DNA from: an uncultured candidatus Porisulfidus sp. | GTDB lineage: Bacteria > Pseudomonadota > Gammaproteobacteria > Poriferisulfidales > Poriferisulfidaceae | DNA length: 64,000 bases | NCBI GenBank assembly: GCA_965204575.1 | Contig: OZ241993.1 | Coordinates: 1,120,001 to 1,184,000 of the forward strand | Direction: 5' to 3' | Part shown: positions 61,426 to 64,000 of the stretch, piece by piece | How the letters are laid out: each line of letters begins with the position of its first letter | How positions within the stretch are numbered: the first letter of the stretch is position 1 | Notes under the pieces: model-generated | Told to the model about the DNA's origin: nothing | Seen by the model: the letters and a program-made list of their open reading frames with translations, nothing else | Database searches by the model: none | Translations under genes and position numbers: made by a program

Positions 61426-62501
61426 ATCTAGAATGGGAAGAGAAGCCGCTAAATCAGTGTCTTGAGCGATTTCGTGTACCTGCAAAGATACAAAAAAGTC
61501 AATTTTCTGTCAACGGTGAATTTCCAATAATATCTCAGGAGGCCGATTTCATTAATGGATATTGGAGCAATACTCAAGATGTATGCAGAATAGATCGACC
61601 TGTCATCATATTCGGTGATCATACACAAGTTGTGAAATATGTAGATTTTGATTTCGTCGTTGGTGCAGATGGCGTGAAGGTTTTAAAACCGAAAGTTTTT
61701 CTGGAGCCTAAATTTCTCTATTATTTCTTAATAGCACATCGTATGCCATCGCTTGGGTACGCTAGGCACTATCGGCACATTAAAGAACAGATAGTGAAGT
61801 ATCCTTCAATGGATGAGCAACGGAGAATTGTCATGGTTCTAGATGAAGTTTTCGAAAATATAGCCCATGCCCGTACTTGTACTACAGTTAATCTCAAAGA
61901 CACTAAAATATTACTTGACAGCCACCTTGCTTCGGTTTTTTCTCGCGGTATTGGGAAATGGCCGGTGGTGTCCTTGCAGGAGATTGCGCAGAACCTTGAC
62001 CGTATGCGAGTACCAATCGCAAAGAAAGCTCGAATATTGGGAGATGTACCCTACTATGGTGCGTCTGGTGTTGTCGACTATGTGGAGGATTATCTCTTTG
62101 ATGAAGATTTACTGCTGGTGTCGGAAGATGGTGCGAATCTATTGACTCGGACGTATCCGATCGCTTTCTCAATTCGTGGAAAGTCTTGGGTAAACAATCA
62201 TGCGCATGTGCTTCGTTTCGAAGAGATGTATACCCAGGAATTTGTTCGCCTTTACCTTAACTCAATTTCTTTAGAGCCCTATGTCAATGGGATGGCGCAG
62301 CCGAAACTAAATCAAACTGCATTACATCGAATACCAATACCTCTTCCCGATAAAGTTGTCCGAGCCGAAGTTGTGGATAAAACGAGATCGATCTCAATCG
62401 AAATAGATCGACTCATGCAGATATATCAAGCAACACTTAACGGTCTTGATGATCTCTGCCAGTCGATCCTGAAACAAGCTTTCTTGGGCGAATTGACGTA
62501 A
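61422..62501 (+). CDS. hsdS: Type I RM specificity subunit
   Basis: Two TRDs separated by YPSMDEQRRIV spacer; SILKQAFLGEL end. Confidence 0.93.
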   Translation: MNLEWEEKPLNQCLERFRVPAKIQKSQFSVNGEFPIISQEADFINGYWSNTQDVCRIDRPVIIFGDHTQVVKYVDFDFVVGADGVKVLKPKVFLEPKFLYYFLIAHRMPSLGYARHYRHIKEQIVKYPSMDEQRRIVMVLDEVFENIAHARTCTTVNLKDTKILLDSHLASVFSRGIGKWPVVSLQEIAQNLDRMRVPIAKKARILGDVPYYGASGVVDYVEDYLFDEDLLLVSEDGANLLTRTYPIAFSIRGKSWVNNHAHVLRFEEMYTQEFVRLYLNSISLEPYVNGMAQPKLNQTALHRIPIPLPDKVVRAEVVDKTRSISIEIDRLMQIYQATLNGLDDLCQSILKQAFLGELT

Positions 62502-62516
62502 TTATTCCTAACCACC

Positions 62517-64000
62517 ATGACTCTGCATGATGAAACTGAGGCCGACACTCGTGCAGAGCGTATTGAGCCGGTCTTGCGTGCAGCAGGTTGGGGCACAGTT
62601 AAAGGTTCTCGGATTCGTCGCGAAGTGATCTGCCCGGGCCGGATTAAACCTGGTGGCAAACGTGGTAAAGCACTCTCTTGCGATTATGTCCTGTTTTACA
62701 GAGGACACAAGTTGGCTGTGTTAGAAGCCAAGCGAGCGGGTCTTAGTCATCGCGACGGAGTCGGACAGGCTAAAGATTATGCAACTCGCTTAGGCACCCG
62801 TTTCGCCTACGCTTCAAATGGACTCAGATGGTATGGTGTCGATATGGTCACTGGAGATGAGAGTGATATAGATTTGCCCTTTCCCGGCCCTGACAAGTTA
62901 TGGGATCAGACCTACACTGAGCCGAACTTTTGGCGTGACGCTTTTGGGGAAGTGGAGTTCGAAACCGGTGGTGGCAAGTGGGAGGCTCGCTACTACCAAC
63001 ACAAAGCCATCGTGGCAGCTCTTGAGGCTATAGCGCGAGGCGACCAGCGCATTCTGCTAACTCTTGCCACTGGTACTGGCAAAACCTCCATTGCTTTCCA
63101 GATTTCCTGGAAACTGTTTAATTCCAAGTGGAATCTTTCGGGAGAGCCTGCACGCCGTCCCCGCATCCTGTTCCTTGCGGACCGTAATATTCTTGCTGAT
63201 CAAGCTTTCAATACCTTTTCTGCTTTCCCCTCGGACGCTATTGTGCGAATTCATCCTGATACCCTGCGCCGGGAAAGCGGGATTCCCCCGAAGAATGCCA
63301 GCATTTTTTTCACCATTTACCAGACGTTTATGACTGGTGAAGGTGAACCAATATTCACGGGCTATCCACCCGACTTTTTCGATTTCATTGTAATTGACGA
63401 ATGCCATCGGGGGGGTGCCCAAGACCAAAGCACTTGGAGGAAGATCTTGGAGCACTTTGAACCTGCGGTTCAGCTTGGTCTCACGGCAACGCCCAAGCGC
63501 CGTCACAACGCTGACACATATGCCTATTTCGGTGAGCCAGTCTATACCTACGCCCTACGAGATGGCATTGAGGATGGTTTCCTTACACCTTTCAAGGTTC
63601 GCCAGATGGCGAGTACTATTGATGAATATGTATATGTTCCGGAGGATGATATTATCCAAGGCGAGGTTCAAACGGGAGATCATTTTACTGAAGAGGATTT
63701 CAACAAAAGGATCATCATTGAAGAGCGTGAACTAAGTCGTGTCCAGGAATTCATAGGCCAAACTGATCAAAGTCAGAAGACCTTGATTTTTTGTGCAACC
63801 CAGGATCATGCTGGACTGGTGCGGGATTTGATTAACCAGGTCAAGGATAGCTCTGATCCGAATTACTGTCATCGAGTTACGGCAAATGATGGTGCAGTTG
63901 GGGAGCAATACCTTCGAGATTTTCAGGACAATGAAAAAACTGTTCCCACGGTTCTCACTACATCACAGAAATTATCGACTGGAGTGGACGCACTCAATAT
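62517..64000 (+). CDS. hsdR: Type I RM endonuclease (EcoAI/EcoEI-like), runs off the window end
   Basis: EADTRA, DYVL..LEAK, QA.DYA, LATGTGKT, IDECHRG, GLTATP. Confidence 0.94.
   Translation, partial: MTLHDETEADTRAERIEPVLRAAGWGTVKGSRIRREVICPGRIKPGGKRGKALSCDYVLFYRGHKLAVLEAKRAGLSHRDGVGQAKDYATRLGTRFAYASNGLRWYGVDMVTGDESDIDLPFPGPDKLWDQTYTEPNFWRDAFGEVEFETGGGKWEARYYQHKAIVAALEAIARGDQRILLTLATGTGKTSIAFQISWKLFNSKWNLSGEPARRPRILFLADRNILADQAFNTFSAFPSDAIVRIHPDTLRRESGIPPKNASIFFTIYQTFMTGEGEPIFTGYPPDFFDFIVIDECHRGGAQDQSTWRKILEHFEPAVQLGLTATPKRRHNADTYAYFGEPVYTYALRDGIEDGFLTPFKVRQMASTIDEYVYVPEDDIIQGEVQTGDHFTEEDFNKRIIIEERELSRVQEFIGQTDQSQKTLIFCATQDHAGLVRDLINQVKDSSDPNYCHRVTANDGAVGEQYLRDFQDNEKTVPTVLTTSQKLSTGVDALN

Larger units (their letters stand above)
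50671..64000. mobile_element. AT-richer genomic/defence island (continues past window)
   Basis: Abrupt composition drop after 50670; carries RM and HNH genes; no integrase seen. Confidence 0.7.

Overview
GC-rich (~65% by eye) gammaproteobacterial chromosome segment with core envelope and housekeeping operons: gnnA-gnnB-lpxB, rnhB-dnaE-accA-tilS-pyrG-kdsA, yrbG-kdsD-kdsC-lptC/A-lptB, hpf-ptsN-rapZ-PTS-mgtE, orn, nadB, rpoE-rseA-rseB-degP, recQ and lepA. Small accessory cassettes interrupt these operons: two AbiE type IV TA pairs, a Fic protein, three orphan antitoxins, secreted ankyrin and EF-hand proteins, a TbpB-like lipoprotein, a steroid 5-alpha-reductase and coiled-coil mini-proteins. This profile suggests a marine invertebrate (sponge-type) symbiont, which is an inference. 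From ~50.7 kb to the end is an AT-richer island carrying a membrane protein/NspC-like decarboxylase/DUF3326 operon, an HNH nuclease, YjzC, an unknown two-gene module and a type I RM system. Top leads: (1) a TnpB with intact catalytic motifs, enclosed by ~21-25 bp terminal inverted repeats and inserted at the nadB start codon, with its predicted guide inside the element; (2) a conserved hairpin leader shared by two dispersed coiled-coil mini-genes; (3) a structured leader plus poly-C upstream ORF in front of a surface lipoprotein; (4) unexplained modules in the defence island. All family calls are from motif recognition by eye; no searches were run.
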